DNA from: Candidatus Latescibacterota bacterium
Lineage (GTDB): Bacteria; Latescibacterota; UBA2968; UBA8231
Direction of reading: 5' to 3'
Length of the DNA stretch: 64,000 nucleotides
NCBI GenBank assembly: GCA_965243025.1
Contig: CBDETY010000003.1
Span: forward strand, 5,824,001-5,888,000
Made by a program: the position numbers and the translations under genes. This document shows, one piece after another, positions 28,041 to 37,845 of this stretch (position 1 is its first letter; each line of letters starts with the position of its first letter). The notes under the pieces are model-generated. The model was given only the letters and a program-made list of their open reading frames with translations. It was not told the DNA's origin and did not search any database.

Positions 28041-28197
28041 GTGAGGTCGGAAATGCCGCGAACAGGCGGCCGGCAATGGCGCCGGCTTCTACAAAACAGC
28101 GTCTGAAGGGCGGAAAGTTCGGTGATTATAAAGAAAGGCAGATAGGTGGAGTGTCAAAAATGGCGGGGCGCGAGGGCCTTCCTGCCGCAACCGGGGA

Positions 28198-29361
28198 TCA
28201 AAGGCCGGGGTACATGCGCCCCGGGTTCAGTGTCGATCCGGGATCGAGGGCCTTCTTCAGCGCCCTGTTGGCCGCCATCAGGGGAGGCGTAAGCGGTGTG
28301 AACGCCTCTTCGTTGTCGTCCTGCGGGCCGGTCGAGAAGCGCCAGGCGCCGCCCCCGCAGCCCAGGGCGTCGGCGTGCAGGGCGGTCCCGTCGCAAGCGG
28401 CCGGCATCAGGGCCCACACGGCAGCCCCGGCCTGGTCGAGGCCGCAGCGCCCCATTCCCTGCGATCGCAGCCGTTCGACCAGGGAGACCGCCGCGCTCGC
28501 CGGGACCGCGAAGCGCCACAGCTCCTCTCCTGCTCCAGGCTGCATCGCCGAGAGCTCGCGGATATTCCGCCACGTCCGGCGGGACTGGTCGGCATCCAGT
28601 ATTCCGGCGCCGCTTCCCGCTTCCCGCGCCAGCGTTTCCGCCTGCTCCACCACCGCCGCCTGCAGCCCCTCGACGCGGGCGAAGGCGCGGTTGCCGGCGT
28701 CTTCCGGGAACCAGGAAAGGCCGCTGATTTCGAAGGGCAGACGGGCCCAGGTCACCAGTTTTTCCGCGGCTGCTCCGATCTGCAGACCCTCGATTACCAC
28801 GGTGCGCTCGCTTTCCGGCCGCGGCCACAGCTTCAGGCAGATTTCGGTCAGCACCCCGAGAATCCCGAAGGAACCGGTCATGGCGCGGGGCAGGTCGTAG
28901 CCGGTGACGTTCTTGACCACCTTGCCGCCGGCGCGCACCAGCTCTCCACGGCCGTCGACGAACTCGACCCCGAGGACGAAGTCGCGCGCCGCCCCGGCCT
29001 TGAAACGCCGCGGTCCGGAAAGCCCGCAGGCGATCGTGCCTCCCAGGGTGGCGGCCAAAGACCAGTGCGGCGGCTCGAAGGCCAGGTGCTGGCCGCCCTC
29101 GGCAAGGAGCTGTTCCAGCGCGGTCAGCCTCATTCCGGGGCGCGCGACGACGATCAGCTCGTCCGGCTCGTAGCTGACGAGGCCGTCCAGCCCGCAAAGC
29201 TCAAGCCGGTCTCCCTGCGGGGCCCGGCGGCCGAGAAAGGAGCGGGTGCCGTTGCCGGCGATCACCAGGTTGCTCCCGCGGTCGGCTGCGCGGCGCACCG
29301 CCTCGCCCACTTCGGCCGGGTCGCGGAGAAGCTGTTCCTCGACGGGGGTCGCCCGGGTCAT
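28198..29361 (-). CDS. glcE: Glycolate oxidase subunit GlcE-like FAD-binding protein
   Basis: YEPDEL, HLAFEPP, SGPRR, GGKVVKNVTGYDL, DP...LNPGR. Confidence 0.85.
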   Translation of the reverse strand: MTRATPVEEQLLRDPAEVGEAVRRAADRGSNLVIAGNGTRSFLGRRAPQGDRLELCGLDGLVSYEPDELIVVARPGMRLTALEQLLAEGGQHLAFEPPHWSLAATLGGTIACGLSGPRRFKAGAARDFVLGVEFVDGRGELVRAGGKVVKNVTGYDLPRAMTGSFGILGVLTEICLKLWPRPESERTVVIEGLQIGAAAEKLVTWARLPFEISGLSWFPEDAGNRAFARVEGLQAAVVEQAETLAREAGSGAGILDADQSRRTWRNIRELSAMQPGAGEELWRFAVPASAAVSLVERLRSQGMGRCGLDQAGAAVWALMPAACDGTALHADALGCGGGAWRFSTGPQDDNEEAFTPLTPPLMAANRALKKALDPGSTLNPGRMYPGL

Positions 29362-29364
29362 TCC

Positions 29365-30849
29365 TCAGAAACGCTCGAGCCCGGGAAAGGAGAGCTGGCC
29401 GCCGTGCACGTGCATGCGCCCTTCCGCGCAGCGCCGGAGCACGGGGTACACCTTGCCGGGATTCAGCAGGTGGCGGGGATCGAAGGCAGCCTTGACGTGC
29501 TCCTGGGCGTCGAGGTCGGCGTCGCCGAACATGCAGGGCATGAGGTCCCGCTTCTCGATGCCGACGCCGTGCTCCCCGGTCAGCACGCCTCCGGCGGCGA
29601 CGCAGAGCTTGAGGATCTCCGCGCCCAGCTCCTCGGCCGTCTCCAGCTGCCCCGGCTGGTTGCCGTCGTAGAGGACGAGGGGATGCAGGTTGCCGTCACC
29701 GGCGTGGAAGACGTTGGCCACGGCGAGGCCGTAGATCCGTGAAAGCTCCTGGATGCGGCTGAGGACCTCGGGCAGCCGCCCCCGCGGAATGGTGCCGTCC
29801 ATGCAGTAGTAGTCCGGAGTGATCCTCCCCATCGCGGGAAACGCCGCCTTGCGGCCGGCCCACAGCTGCAGCCGCTCCGCCTCGTCGGCGGACTTCCTCA
29901 TCTGCGTCGCACCCGCTGCCGCCAGCAGCTCTTCGAGCCGCGGGAACTGGGCCTCGACCTCGGCCCGGGGACCGTCGAGCTCGACGAGCAGCAGCGACTC
30001 GACGCCGCGCGGGTACCCGCACCCGAGGAAGTCCTCGACCGCTTCGATCGCCAGCCGGTCCATGATCTCCATGCCGGCGGGGACCATCCCGGCGGCAATG
30101 ATGTCGGCGACCGCGCGCCCGGCCGCCTGCACGCTGTCGAAGACGGCCATGACGGCGCGCGCCGTCTCCGGTCTGGGCAGAATGCGCAGCGTCGCCCGGG
30201 TGATGAGGCCGAGCAGACCCTCGGACCCCGTCATCAGGGCGAGCAGGTCGTAGCCGTTGCACTCGAGGCCCTTGCCGCCGATTTCGACCACCTCTCCGTC
30301 CGCCAGCACGATCTGCAGTCCGAGGACGTTGTTGGTCGTCGTGCCGTACTTGAGGCAGTGCACCCCGCCCGAGTTCTCGGCGACGTTGCCCCCGATGGTG
30401 CAGGCGAGCTGGCTCGAAGGGTCCGGGGCGTAGTAGAACCCCCGGTGCTGCACGGCGTGAGTCACCCCGAGGTTGGTAACCCCCGGCTCCACCGTGACGG
30501 TGCGGTTGTCGAAGTCGATGTCGAGGATGCGGTTCATCGCCGCCATGCTGACGACGACGCCGTCCCGCAGCGGCAGGGCGCCTCCCGACAGCCCGGTCCC
30601 GGCCCCCCAGGGGACGATCGGGATGCCGAGGTCGCAGCAGGTCTTCATCAGGGCGGACACCTGTTCGGTCGAGCGGGGCAGGACCACGGCCATGGGAACC
30701 TGGCGGTACGCCGACAGGGCGTCGCACTCGTACGCCACCAGGTCCTCCCGGCGGTGGATGACCTGGTTTTCGTCGAGGAGCCGGCGGAGTCGGCGCACCA
30801 GCTCGTCGCGGCGCTGCAGGCGGGCGGGGTCGGGTTGCGGAAGCTGCAT
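29365..30849 (-). CDS. glcD: Glycolate oxidase subunit GlcD
   Basis: GAGTGLSGG, YAPDPSSQ, ENSGGVHCLKYG, FHAGDGNLHP, GEHGVG.EK, LNPGK. Confidence 0.9.
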   Translation of the reverse strand: MQLPQPDPARLQRRDELVRRLRRLLDENQVIHRREDLVAYECDALSAYRQVPMAVVLPRSTEQVSALMKTCCDLGIPIVPWGAGTGLSGGALPLRDGVVVSMAAMNRILDIDFDNRTVTVEPGVTNLGVTHAVQHRGFYYAPDPSSQLACTIGGNVAENSGGVHCLKYGTTTNNVLGLQIVLADGEVVEIGGKGLECNGYDLLALMTGSEGLLGLITRATLRILPRPETARAVMAVFDSVQAAGRAVADIIAAGMVPAGMEIMDRLAIEAVEDFLGCGYPRGVESLLLVELDGPRAEVEAQFPRLEELLAAAGATQMRKSADEAERLQLWAGRKAAFPAMGRITPDYYCMDGTIPRGRLPEVLSRIQELSRIYGLAVANVFHAGDGNLHPLVLYDGNQPGQLETAEELGAEILKLCVAAGGVLTGEHGVGIEKRDLMPCMFGDADLDAQEHVKAAFDPRHLLNPGKVYPVLRRCAEGRMHVHGGQLSFPGLERF

Positions 30850-30864
30850 CGGGGGAATCCCGGA

Positions 30865-31878
30865 TCAGGCGGCGCCGTCGAGCCCGAGCTCTTCGGAGTA
30901 GGCGAACAGGGCGGGGGTGCCGCCGGTGTGCACGAACACCAGGGTGTGTTCGCCGGACCACCAGCCGCGGGAGACGTGGGCGATCAGCCCGGCCATGGTT
31001 TTTCCGGTGTACGAGGGGTCGAGGAGAAGCCCCTCGGCGCGGGCGGCCAGCCTGATGGCGTCCCGGGCCTCTTCGGTGACGACGCCGTAGTCCGGTCCGA
31101 CGAACTCGGAGTAGCTCTCGAACTCGGCCGCCTCGAACTCGAGGTCGAGGTCGAGGATGCTGGCGTGCTCGGCGGCCAGGGCCGCCATCCGCCGCGCCGC
31201 TTCGGCGTCGTCGCGCGGGGCGGGGCTGATTCCGACGATGCGCAGGCCGAGTCCCAGGGCCTTGCCGGCGACCACCATGCCGGTATGGGTGTGGGCTCCG
31301 GAGCAGAGGTAGATGGCGTCGGGCTGAACCTCCATTCCCTGCAACTGCTCCCACAGCTCGAGGAAGCCGTCGACATAGGCGATGCCGCGGTACTCGTAGC
31401 CGTCGGTGCTGGTGTTGAAGGGGCGGTGGCCGGCGGCTCGCAGCTCCTCCATGCGCGTCGCGATCGCCTCGGTCTGGCAATCCGGGGGGGCCAGAAGGAC
31501 CTCGGCCCCGAAAAGGCGGGACAGCAGCAGGTTCCCCTGGCTGTGGGCGTGGGCGTCCCGGCGGCCGACGACCACGGAACGCAGTCCGAGCCTGGCGGCG
31601 ACGGCGGCGGTCTGGCGCGACTGGTTCGACTGCGCCGCGGCCCCGTGCAGCAGCACGTCGCAGCCCTGTTCCACGGCCGGGGCCAGCGAGTACTCGAACT
31701 CCCTGATCTTGTTTCCGCCCATGGCCAGACCGGTGTGGTCCTCCCGCTTGACCAACAGCCGGGGCCCCAGCTCGGCGCTCAGCCGCGGCAACGGCTCCAG
31801 CGGGGTGGGCAGGACGGCCAGGTCAAGGCGGGGAAGGCGCCCGAGGCGCTCGCGGATTTCTTCAGCGGTGTAGGTCAT
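30865..31878 (-). CDS. PLP-dependent D-cysteine desulfhydrase/ACC deaminase-family enzyme
   Basis: PTPL, KREDHTGLAMGGNK, QSN, EGLLLDPSYTGK, FVHTGG. Confidence 0.85.
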   Translation of the reverse strand: MTYTAEEIRERLGRLPRLDLAVLPTPLEPLPRLSAELGPRLLVKREDHTGLAMGGNKIREFEYSLAPAVEQGCDVLLHGAAAQSNQSRQTAAVAARLGLRSVVVGRRDAHAHSQGNLLLSRLFGAEVLLAPPDCQTEAIATRMEELRAAGHRPFNTSTDGYEYRGIAYVDGFLELWEQLQGMEVQPDAIYLCSGAHTHTGMVVAGKALGLGLRIVGISPAPRDDAEAARRMAALAAEHASILDLDLEFEAAEFESYSEFVGPDYGVVTEEARDAIRLAARAEGLLLDPSYTGKTMAGLIAHVSRGWWSGEHTLVFVHTGGTPALFAYSEELGLDGAA

Positions 31879-32122
31879 GGAAGTTCCCTCCCGCCAGCCG
31901 GGAGAAGTCAAGAAGATAGGTTCGGGCAGTCCGGTGAGCCACCGGCACGGGCAGGTCCGACAGCATATAAGTTCAATCCAGCAAACAAGTTGTCGGATTC
32001 AAGAGAGGTCTTTAGATTAAACTGGCTGTAACGTTCTCCCACCGTTTCGTTTCCGGTCCGGGCCCCATCTCCGCTACTCCCCTCCGAGATCCGGCGCCGG
32101 GCTTGAACGGACTTCCGTCGAC

Positions 32123-34414
32123 ATGGACCTGGTAGAGCCGATTCCTCCCGAACTCGAGGGGCACCTGCGCCGCAAGCTGCGCCCCGGCGAACTGCTGATG
32201 GTGTTGCTGTCGTCGGACATCTCGCAGCAGGGCCGCTTCGACAGCTCCTGGCTGGCGATGACGGACGAGCGCCTCATGGTGCTGCGCTCGAACGGCGCCG
32301 GCATGGAGGAACTGGAGGAGGTCCCCCTCGCCGACATCGAGAAGGTTCGCACCAGGAGCTACGTCGGCAACGGCACCCTCGTCGTCGACCTGCCGGGGGA
32401 AAGCCGCGAGATCGTGCGCTTCTCCCAGGGAGCGTTCTACAAGTTCTCCGCGGTTCCCCAGGTCGTCGAGGCCGCCCTCGTGCATCCGGCCGCCGAGGAA
32501 TCCCCCGGCGAGGACGCCTCTCCGATACGCCGCGTCGAGTACTGCCGGACCTGCGGCCGCGCCCTGCGTTCGGGCTCGGCGGTATGCCCGAACTGCATCC
32601 GCAAGACCGAGACCTTCTGGCGGCTGCTCTCGTACATCCGACCGTACAAACGGATCGCCGCCGCCGGTTTCCTGCTGACCGTCACAGTCACCGCCATCAG
32701 CCTGCTGCCGCCGCTCCTGAACGAGAAGCTGATAGACGACGTTCTCACCCCGGTCATTATCGAGTACACCAGCCTCGAGAAAAGCGGCGCCTCCCTCGAG
32801 GGCTGGAGTCCCCCCGCCGAAGCGGTGACGCTGCTGGGCTGGATCGTCCTCGGCCTGCTGGGAATCCACCTCGGTCGCACCCTGCTCAACAGCATGCGCA
32901 GCTACAGCCTCGGGTGGCTCGGGCAGCGCGTGGTGTACGACCTGCAGACGGAGATCTTCGAGTACCTGCAGTTCCTGTCGCTGAGCTTTTACAGCCGCAT
33001 GAGCACCGGCCGGGTGATGAACCGCGTCACCGGGGACACCGACCGCATGCGCCTGTTCGTCACGCGCGGCTTTCAGGACATGGTGATCTCGGGCCTCACG
33101 GTCGTCGGGATCGGCGCCGTGCTGCTCTACAAGAACTGGCAGCTGGCCCTGCTGGCACTGGTGCCGACCTCGATGATCGCCGTGGGGACGGTCTTCTACA
33201 CGCGGCGCGTGCACTGGGTCTACCACACGATCTGGCGCCGCGTCGCCACGCTCAACGCCCACCTCGCCGACACCATCCCCGGCGTCAAGGTGGTCAAGGC
33301 GTTCGCCCAGGAGGACCGGGAGCGCAGGCGCTTCGACCGGCGCAACGACCAGCTCGTCGAAGCGCGCATGGCGTCGGTGAGGATGCGCTCCCTTTTCCTG
33401 CCCGGCATCGCCTTCTTCACCTCGGTTGGATCGGTGGTTCTCTGGTGGTTCGGCGGCCATCGCGTCCTCAACGCGACGCTGACCCTCGGCGAGCTGCAGG
33501 CGTTCATCACCTACATGATGATGTTCTACAGACCGGTGGGGGAGCTGTGCACGCTCTCCGACGACCTCGAGTCGGCCGCCACCTCGGCGGAACGGGTGTT
33601 CGAGATCCTCGACACCGAACCCGATGTCGTCGACGCCCCCGGCGCCGTCGACCCCGGGGTCATCGACGGCCGCGTCGAGTTCCGCGACGTCAGCTTCACC
33701 TACGACGGTTTCGCGCGCATCCTCGACCGCGTCTCCTTCACGGCCGAGCCCGGGGAGATGATCGGCATCGTCGGACCGAGCGGGGCCGGCAAGTCGACGC
33801 TGGTCAACCTCGTCTCGCGGTTCTACGACGCCACCGACGGGGCGGTCCTGATCGACGGCATCCCGGTCGCGGAGATGAAGCAGCAGCGGCTGCGCGCCCA
33901 GGTCGGGGTAGTGCTGCAGGAGCCGCTGCTGTTCCAGGGCACCATCGCCGAGAACATCGGCTACGGCAGCCCGCAAGCGCGGCCGGAGGAGGTGATCGCC
34001 GCGGCGAGAGCGGCCAACGCCCACCAGTTCATCATGAACTTTCCCGACGGCTACGACACCGAGGTGGGGGAGCGCGGGGGGCGGCTGTCGGGCGGCGAGC
34101 GCCAGCGGATCTCCATCGCCCGGGCCCTGATCGGCGACCCGCGCATCCTGATCCTCGACGAGGCGACCAGCTCCGTCGACACCGAAACGGAGTACGAGAT
34201 CCAGGAGGCCCTGGAGAGACTGATCGCCGACCGCACCACCTTTGCCATCGCCCACCGGCTTTCGACCCTCAAGAACGCCGACCGCCTGCTGGTGCTGGAG
34301 CGCGGCCGGGTGGCCGAAGTCGGCACCCACGCCGAGCTGCTCGAGCGCGAGGACGGGGTCTACCGCAGGCTCGTCGACATGCAGTCGGAGCTCGCCAGGG
34401 TGCGGGCGCTGTAG
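32123..34414 (+). CDS. ABC exporter (TMD+NBD) with N-terminal PH-like domain and zinc ribbon
   Basis: CRTC...CPNC; 6-TM domain; GPSGAGKS, LSGGERQR, ILDEATS, IAHRLST. Confidence 0.92.
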   Translation: MDLVEPIPPELEGHLRRKLRPGELLMVLLSSDISQQGRFDSSWLAMTDERLMVLRSNGAGMEELEEVPLADIEKVRTRSYVGNGTLVVDLPGESREIVRFSQGAFYKFSAVPQVVEAALVHPAAEESPGEDASPIRRVEYCRTCGRALRSGSAVCPNCIRKTETFWRLLSYIRPYKRIAAAGFLLTVTVTAISLLPPLLNEKLIDDVLTPVIIEYTSLEKSGASLEGWSPPAEAVTLLGWIVLGLLGIHLGRTLLNSMRSYSLGWLGQRVVYDLQTEIFEYLQFLSLSFYSRMSTGRVMNRVTGDTDRMRLFVTRGFQDMVISGLTVVGIGAVLLYKNWQLALLALVPTSMIAVGTVFYTRRVHWVYHTIWRRVATLNAHLADTIPGVKVVKAFAQEDRERRRFDRRNDQLVEARMASVRMRSLFLPGIAFFTSVGSVVLWWFGGHRVLNATLTLGELQAFITYMMMFYRPVGELCTLSDDLESAATSAERVFEILDTEPDVVDAPGAVDPGVIDGRVEFRDVSFTYDGFARILDRVSFTAEPGEMIGIVGPSGAGKSTLVNLVSRFYDATDGAVLIDGIPVAEMKQQRLRAQVGVVLQEPLLFQGTIAENIGYGSPQARPEEVIAAARAANAHQFIMNFPDGYDTEVGERGGRLSGGERQRISIARALIGDPRILILDEATSSVDTETEYEIQEALERLIADRTTFAIAHRLSTLKNADRLLVLERGRVAEVGTHAELLEREDGVYRRLVDMQSELARVRAL

Positions 34415-34425
34415 GAGAGGATGCA

Positions 34426-34920
34426 ATGGCCGGGCGGCAAACCGACGGTTCCATGCTGGATGAGACAGAGGTGAGGCTGGCGCGCAACGCCGCCGGTCAG
34501 TTATGCCTGTCGGCGGCGGGGAAATCTTTCGCCGACGTCGGGGTGCGCCGCGCCTTTCCGCTGGAACACCCTTTCCGCTACATCTCCTTCATGGACGGGG
34601 AAGGGACGGAAATCGGGATGATCCGCGATCTCGAGGGGCTGGAACCGGCGAGCCGGGAGATGCTGAGAGAGGCGCTGCACCGCACCTACTTCCTCCCGGT
34701 GGTCGAGGCGATCCCCCATATCCGGGAGGAGTACGGCGTCATCCTCGCCGACCTGGAGACCTCCAGCGGCCCGCGGCGGATCGAGATCCGCGGCTACCGC
34801 CGCAACGTCCGCCCCCTGTCCCGGGGCCGCGCCCTGATCGAGGACGTCGACGGCAACCGCTACGAGCTGCGCGACTGGCCCCGGCTGCCGAAGCGGACCC
34901 GCGAGATACTGGGTCTGTAG
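34426..34920 (+). CDS. DUF1854 domain protein
   Basis: RRAFPL..P..YIS.....G.EIG.I, YFLP, ETSSG, IEDVDGNRY; follows the ABC gene with an AGGAGAGG RBS. Confidence 0.8.
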   Translation: MAGRQTDGSMLDETEVRLARNAAGQLCLSAAGKSFADVGVRRAFPLEHPFRYISFMDGEGTEIGMIRDLEGLEPASREMLREALHRTYFLPVVEAIPHIREEYGVILADLETSSGPRRIEIRGYRRNVRPLSRGRALIEDVDGNRYELRDWPRLPKRTREILGL

Positions 34921-34977
34921 GCAAAGGTCCTGCCGCGGCCGGCGGCAGCGTTCTTCCGGGAAAGGGCCGGCCCGGGA

Positions 34978-35796
34978 TCAGCTCCCGCCGGCGAAGAAGC
35001 CCCGCATCTTCTCCATGCCGACGCGCACCGTTTCCTCCGGGTCGCGCGCCCACCACTCGCGGTTGAACAGCTCGAGCGAGACGTACCCCGAGTAGCCGCT
35101 GGCGACGGCCTGCCGTTCGATCTCCCGCAGCGGCCCGGCGCCGTCGCCGGGCATGACGCGGTCGGCGTCCCCCTGCTGCGGCAGCGGGGGCTTCGGGGGG
35201 ACGTCGTTCCAGTGCCAGATGGCGACGCGGTCGCCGGGGACGGAGGCGATCTCCGCGGCCGAGCCGCCCCCGCGCAGGATATGGAAGGGGTCCATCACCA
35301 CCCGGGCTTCGGGATGGTCCGCGGCGCGGGCGATCTCCCAGGCCTGCGTTATGGTGTGGACCGAGCCTGCGAACCCGAGAAACTCCATCGCCGGCCAAAT
35401 CCGGAACTGCTCCCCGAGCTCGATCAGCTCCCGGTACTGCTCGCCGGCTGCGCCGAGGTCGCACGGCTCCAGGGGCGGCGAGGCGACGATGCCCCCAGCC
35501 CCGATGGCCGCGGCCTGCTCCATGCGCCTCCCGGCTTCGGCCAGGGCGGCGGCGTGCTCCTCTCCGCGGGAGCCGAGCCAGCCGTGCACGGCGATGACCC
35601 CGGGGACCTCGAGGCCGCCCTCCTCCAGCGCCCCGCGAACCTCGGCGAGGGACCCCCCGGCCTGGAGGAAGGCGTCGATGTCGTCGCTCCACAGCTCGAT
35701 GGCGACGAAACCGGCCCCGGAAGCGAGGCGGATCTTGTCGAGCAGCGGGACGGGCCGGATGGTGCTGGTGTTGAGACAGTACTGGAAACGCGGCAT
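34978..35796 (-). CDS. Sugar phosphate isomerase/epimerase (xylose-isomerase-like TIM barrel)
   Basis: LNTSTI, GF.AIELW, MEFLG, MDPFH, HWND, RVMPGDG, GY.GYVSLELF. Confidence 0.85.
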   Translation of the reverse strand: MPRFQYCLNTSTIRPVPLLDKIRLASGAGFVAIELWSDDIDAFLQAGGSLAEVRGALEEGGLEVPGVIAVHGWLGSRGEEHAAALAEAGRRMEQAAAIGAGGIVASPPLEPCDLGAAGEQYRELIELGEQFRIWPAMEFLGFAGSVHTITQAWEIARAADHPEARVVMDPFHILRGGGSAAEIASVPGDRVAIWHWNDVPPKPPLPQQGDADRVMPGDGAGPLREIERQAVASGYSGYVSLELFNREWWARDPEETVRVGMEKMRGFFAGGS

Positions 35797-35831
35797 CGGG
35801 ATCTCCAGCGTGGGGAGGCGGACCGGTTCGG

Positions 35832-36854
35832 TCAGGCGACGTGCAGGTAGTCGCGGCCCTCGGCGAGGGCCGCGCGCTGAAGCTCGCGGCGAATCTCGCC
35901 CCGGGCACCCCGCGAGGCAACCGCGGCCAGCAGCATCGGGTTGCGGCAGCGGCGCCAGCGCCCGGCGAACTCCCCTGCCGAAATGATGGCGACCCGGCGC
36001 AGGGTGCGGCCGATCTTGGCCGGGTCGATGTCGATGAAGGCGGCGAGGGGGCATCCACCCCTGACCAGGTGCTTGGAAAGGCGCCTGCCGGTCTTTCCCG
36101 CGCCCCAGATGAAGACGGCGTCGCGCCCCCGCAGCGGCCCTGCGAGCAGGTAGTGGGCCTTGGCGCGGAGGAAGTTCTCAACGGAGTAACGGCCGTCGGT
36201 GCGGGTGAGGCGTCCGGGGTGCTCGCGCCAGCGCAGCAACACCTCGGGGACCTTGGCGAAGCGGACCCCGGCGGCGGCGAGGCGCAGCCACAGATCGTAG
36301 TCCTCGGCCCAGCCGCGGTCCTCGTATCCCCCGGCTTCCTCCAGGACGCTCCGGCGAACGCAGGCGCCGGGGTGGGTGATCGGGCTTTCGACGAAGATCT
36401 CCCTGACGATCTCCTCGTGGGTCCGCAGCCGGTTCTGCCATTCGAGGTACAGGCGCATGCCCTCGCCGACCTGCCCCGGCGGGAATCCCTCGACCAGACA
36501 GCCGGCGACCCCGAGCCCGGGGTCGTCCCGAAGCATTTCCAGCTGCTTCTCCAGGCGTTCCGGGAGCGAGACGTCGTCGGCGTCCATGCGGGCGACGAAG
36601 GGAGCGCGGCAGTGACGCAGGCCGGCGTTGAGCGCCGCGACCAGGCCGCCGTGTTCCCGGGCCACGGGGCGGACGCGGAGGTCGCGGGAGGCCGCCTCCC
36701 GCAGGATGCGCCCGCTTGCGTCTTCGGAGCCGTCGTCGACGGCGACGATCTCGATATCGTGCAGGGTCTGCCCGCAGATGCTTCGCAGCGCCTCGGCAAG
36801 GGTCTCTTCGGCGTTGTGCACCGGCATCAGTACGGAAACCCGTGGCTGGGACAT
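35832..36854 (-). CDS. Family 2 glycosyltransferase with C-terminal Rossmann-like domain (B3GNTL1/QTGAL-like)
   Basis: VSVLMPVHN, VDDGS, RMDADD, EDYDLW; C-terminal IWGAGKTGR...FIDID..KI...EGRDYLH. Confidence 0.85.
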   Translation of the reverse strand: MSQPRVSVLMPVHNAEETLAEALRSICGQTLHDIEIVAVDDGSEDASGRILREAASRDLRVRPVAREHGGLVAALNAGLRHCRAPFVARMDADDVSLPERLEKQLEMLRDDPGLGVAGCLVEGFPPGQVGEGMRLYLEWQNRLRTHEEIVREIFVESPITHPGACVRRSVLEEAGGYEDRGWAEDYDLWLRLAAAGVRFAKVPEVLLRWREHPGRLTRTDGRYSVENFLRAKAHYLLAGPLRGRDAVFIWGAGKTGRRLSKHLVRGGCPLAAFIDIDPAKIGRTLRRVAIISAGEFAGRWRRCRNPMLLAAVASRGARGEIRRELQRAALAEGRDYLHVA

Positions 36855-37083
36855 GTCAGTTTTCAGCCGAGGCCGTGAATGGAAGCAGAAGCAGGGTGAA
36901 CTTCACCTTTCGGACTCGAGCCGGGAATGGCAACGAAAGGGCCGAACGGGGTCGGGGAAGGCAGGCATGCGATCCCGGCCGATGGACCGTTGCGGTTTTG
37001 CGAGTATGCGGGTCCGGCATCTATGCGGCCAGCACCTATATTGAATGGCTCGGCAAGTAACGGGAAAACCAGCAAGGGTCTCC

Positions 37084-37845
37084 GTGATCCACCTGAAATC
37101 CGCCAGGGAAATCGAGAAGATACGCGCCAGCTGCCGCATCGCCGCCGAGGCGATGATGCGGGTCCGGGAGGCTGTCGCTCCGGGAGTGAGCACCGCCGAG
37201 CTGGACGCCGTGGCCGACTCCTACATCCGCAGCCGGGGGGCCGTGGCAAGCGCCAAGGGATACCGCGGCTACCCGGCCAGTATCTGCGTCTCGATCAACG
37301 AGGTCATCGTCCACGGGATTCCCGGCCGGCGCCGGCTCGTCGAAGGGGATATCGTCGCCGTCGACATCGCGGTCAGGAAGGACGGCTTCCACGGCGACAT
37401 GAACGTCTCCTTCGCGGTCGGCGAGACCTCGGGCGAGGCGCGCGACCTGCTGATGACGACCCGCGAGGGGATGGAGATCGGCCTGCGCGCCTGCGAGGCC
37501 GGCAGGCGGCTCGGGGATGTCGGCCACGCGATCCAGGAGTTCGTCGAAGGCAGGGGCTACTCGATCGTGCGGGAATACTGCGGCCACGGCATCGGCCGGG
37601 ATTTCCACGAGGAGCCCCAGCTGCTGCATTTCGGCACCCCGGAAACGGGGCGGCGGCTGCAGCCTGGCGTCGTGTTCACGGTTGAGCCGATGGTCAACGC
37701 CGGCGGGCCGGAGGTGCGCCTCCTCGACGACGAGTGGACCGCGGTTACCATGGACGGAAGCCTCTCCGCCCAGTTCGAGCACACCGTGGCGGTGACCGCG
37801 GACGGCCCCGACGTGCTGTCGCGATTCGACGACCTGCCGTTCTGA
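37084..37845 (+). CDS. map: Methionine aminopeptidase, type I
   Basis: SICVSINEVIVHGIP, GFHGD, CGHGIG..FHEEP, TVEPM, SAQFEHT; probable GTG start at 37084. Confidence 0.95.
   Translation: MIHLKSAREIEKIRASCRIAAEAMMRVREAVAPGVSTAELDAVADSYIRSRGAVASAKGYRGYPASICVSINEVIVHGIPGRRRLVEGDIVAVDIAVRKDGFHGDMNVSFAVGETSGEARDLLMTTREGMEIGLRACEAGRRLGDVGHAIQEFVEGRGYSIVREYCGHGIGRDFHEEPQLLHFGTPETGRRLQPGVVFTVEPMVNAGGPEVRLLDDEWTAVTMDGSLSAQFEHTVAVTADGPDVLSRFDDLPF

Noticed and set aside
28125-28157. Minus-strand TTGACA...TATAAT promoter for the prenyl synthase operon
   Set aside because: Both boxes are perfect but the spacer is 21 nt, so it is not called as a canonical pair; the TATAAT alone may still function.
30865-31878. 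ACC deaminase (acdS)
   Set aside because: The diagnostic Glu and Leu positions are Thr and Thr.
32584-34920. 778-aa ORF suggesting a frameshift fusion of the ABC transporter with DUF1854
   Set aside because: The upstream part is Arg/Pro-rich off-frame sequence; DUF1854 has its own RBS and ATG at 34426, and the ABC gene is intact.
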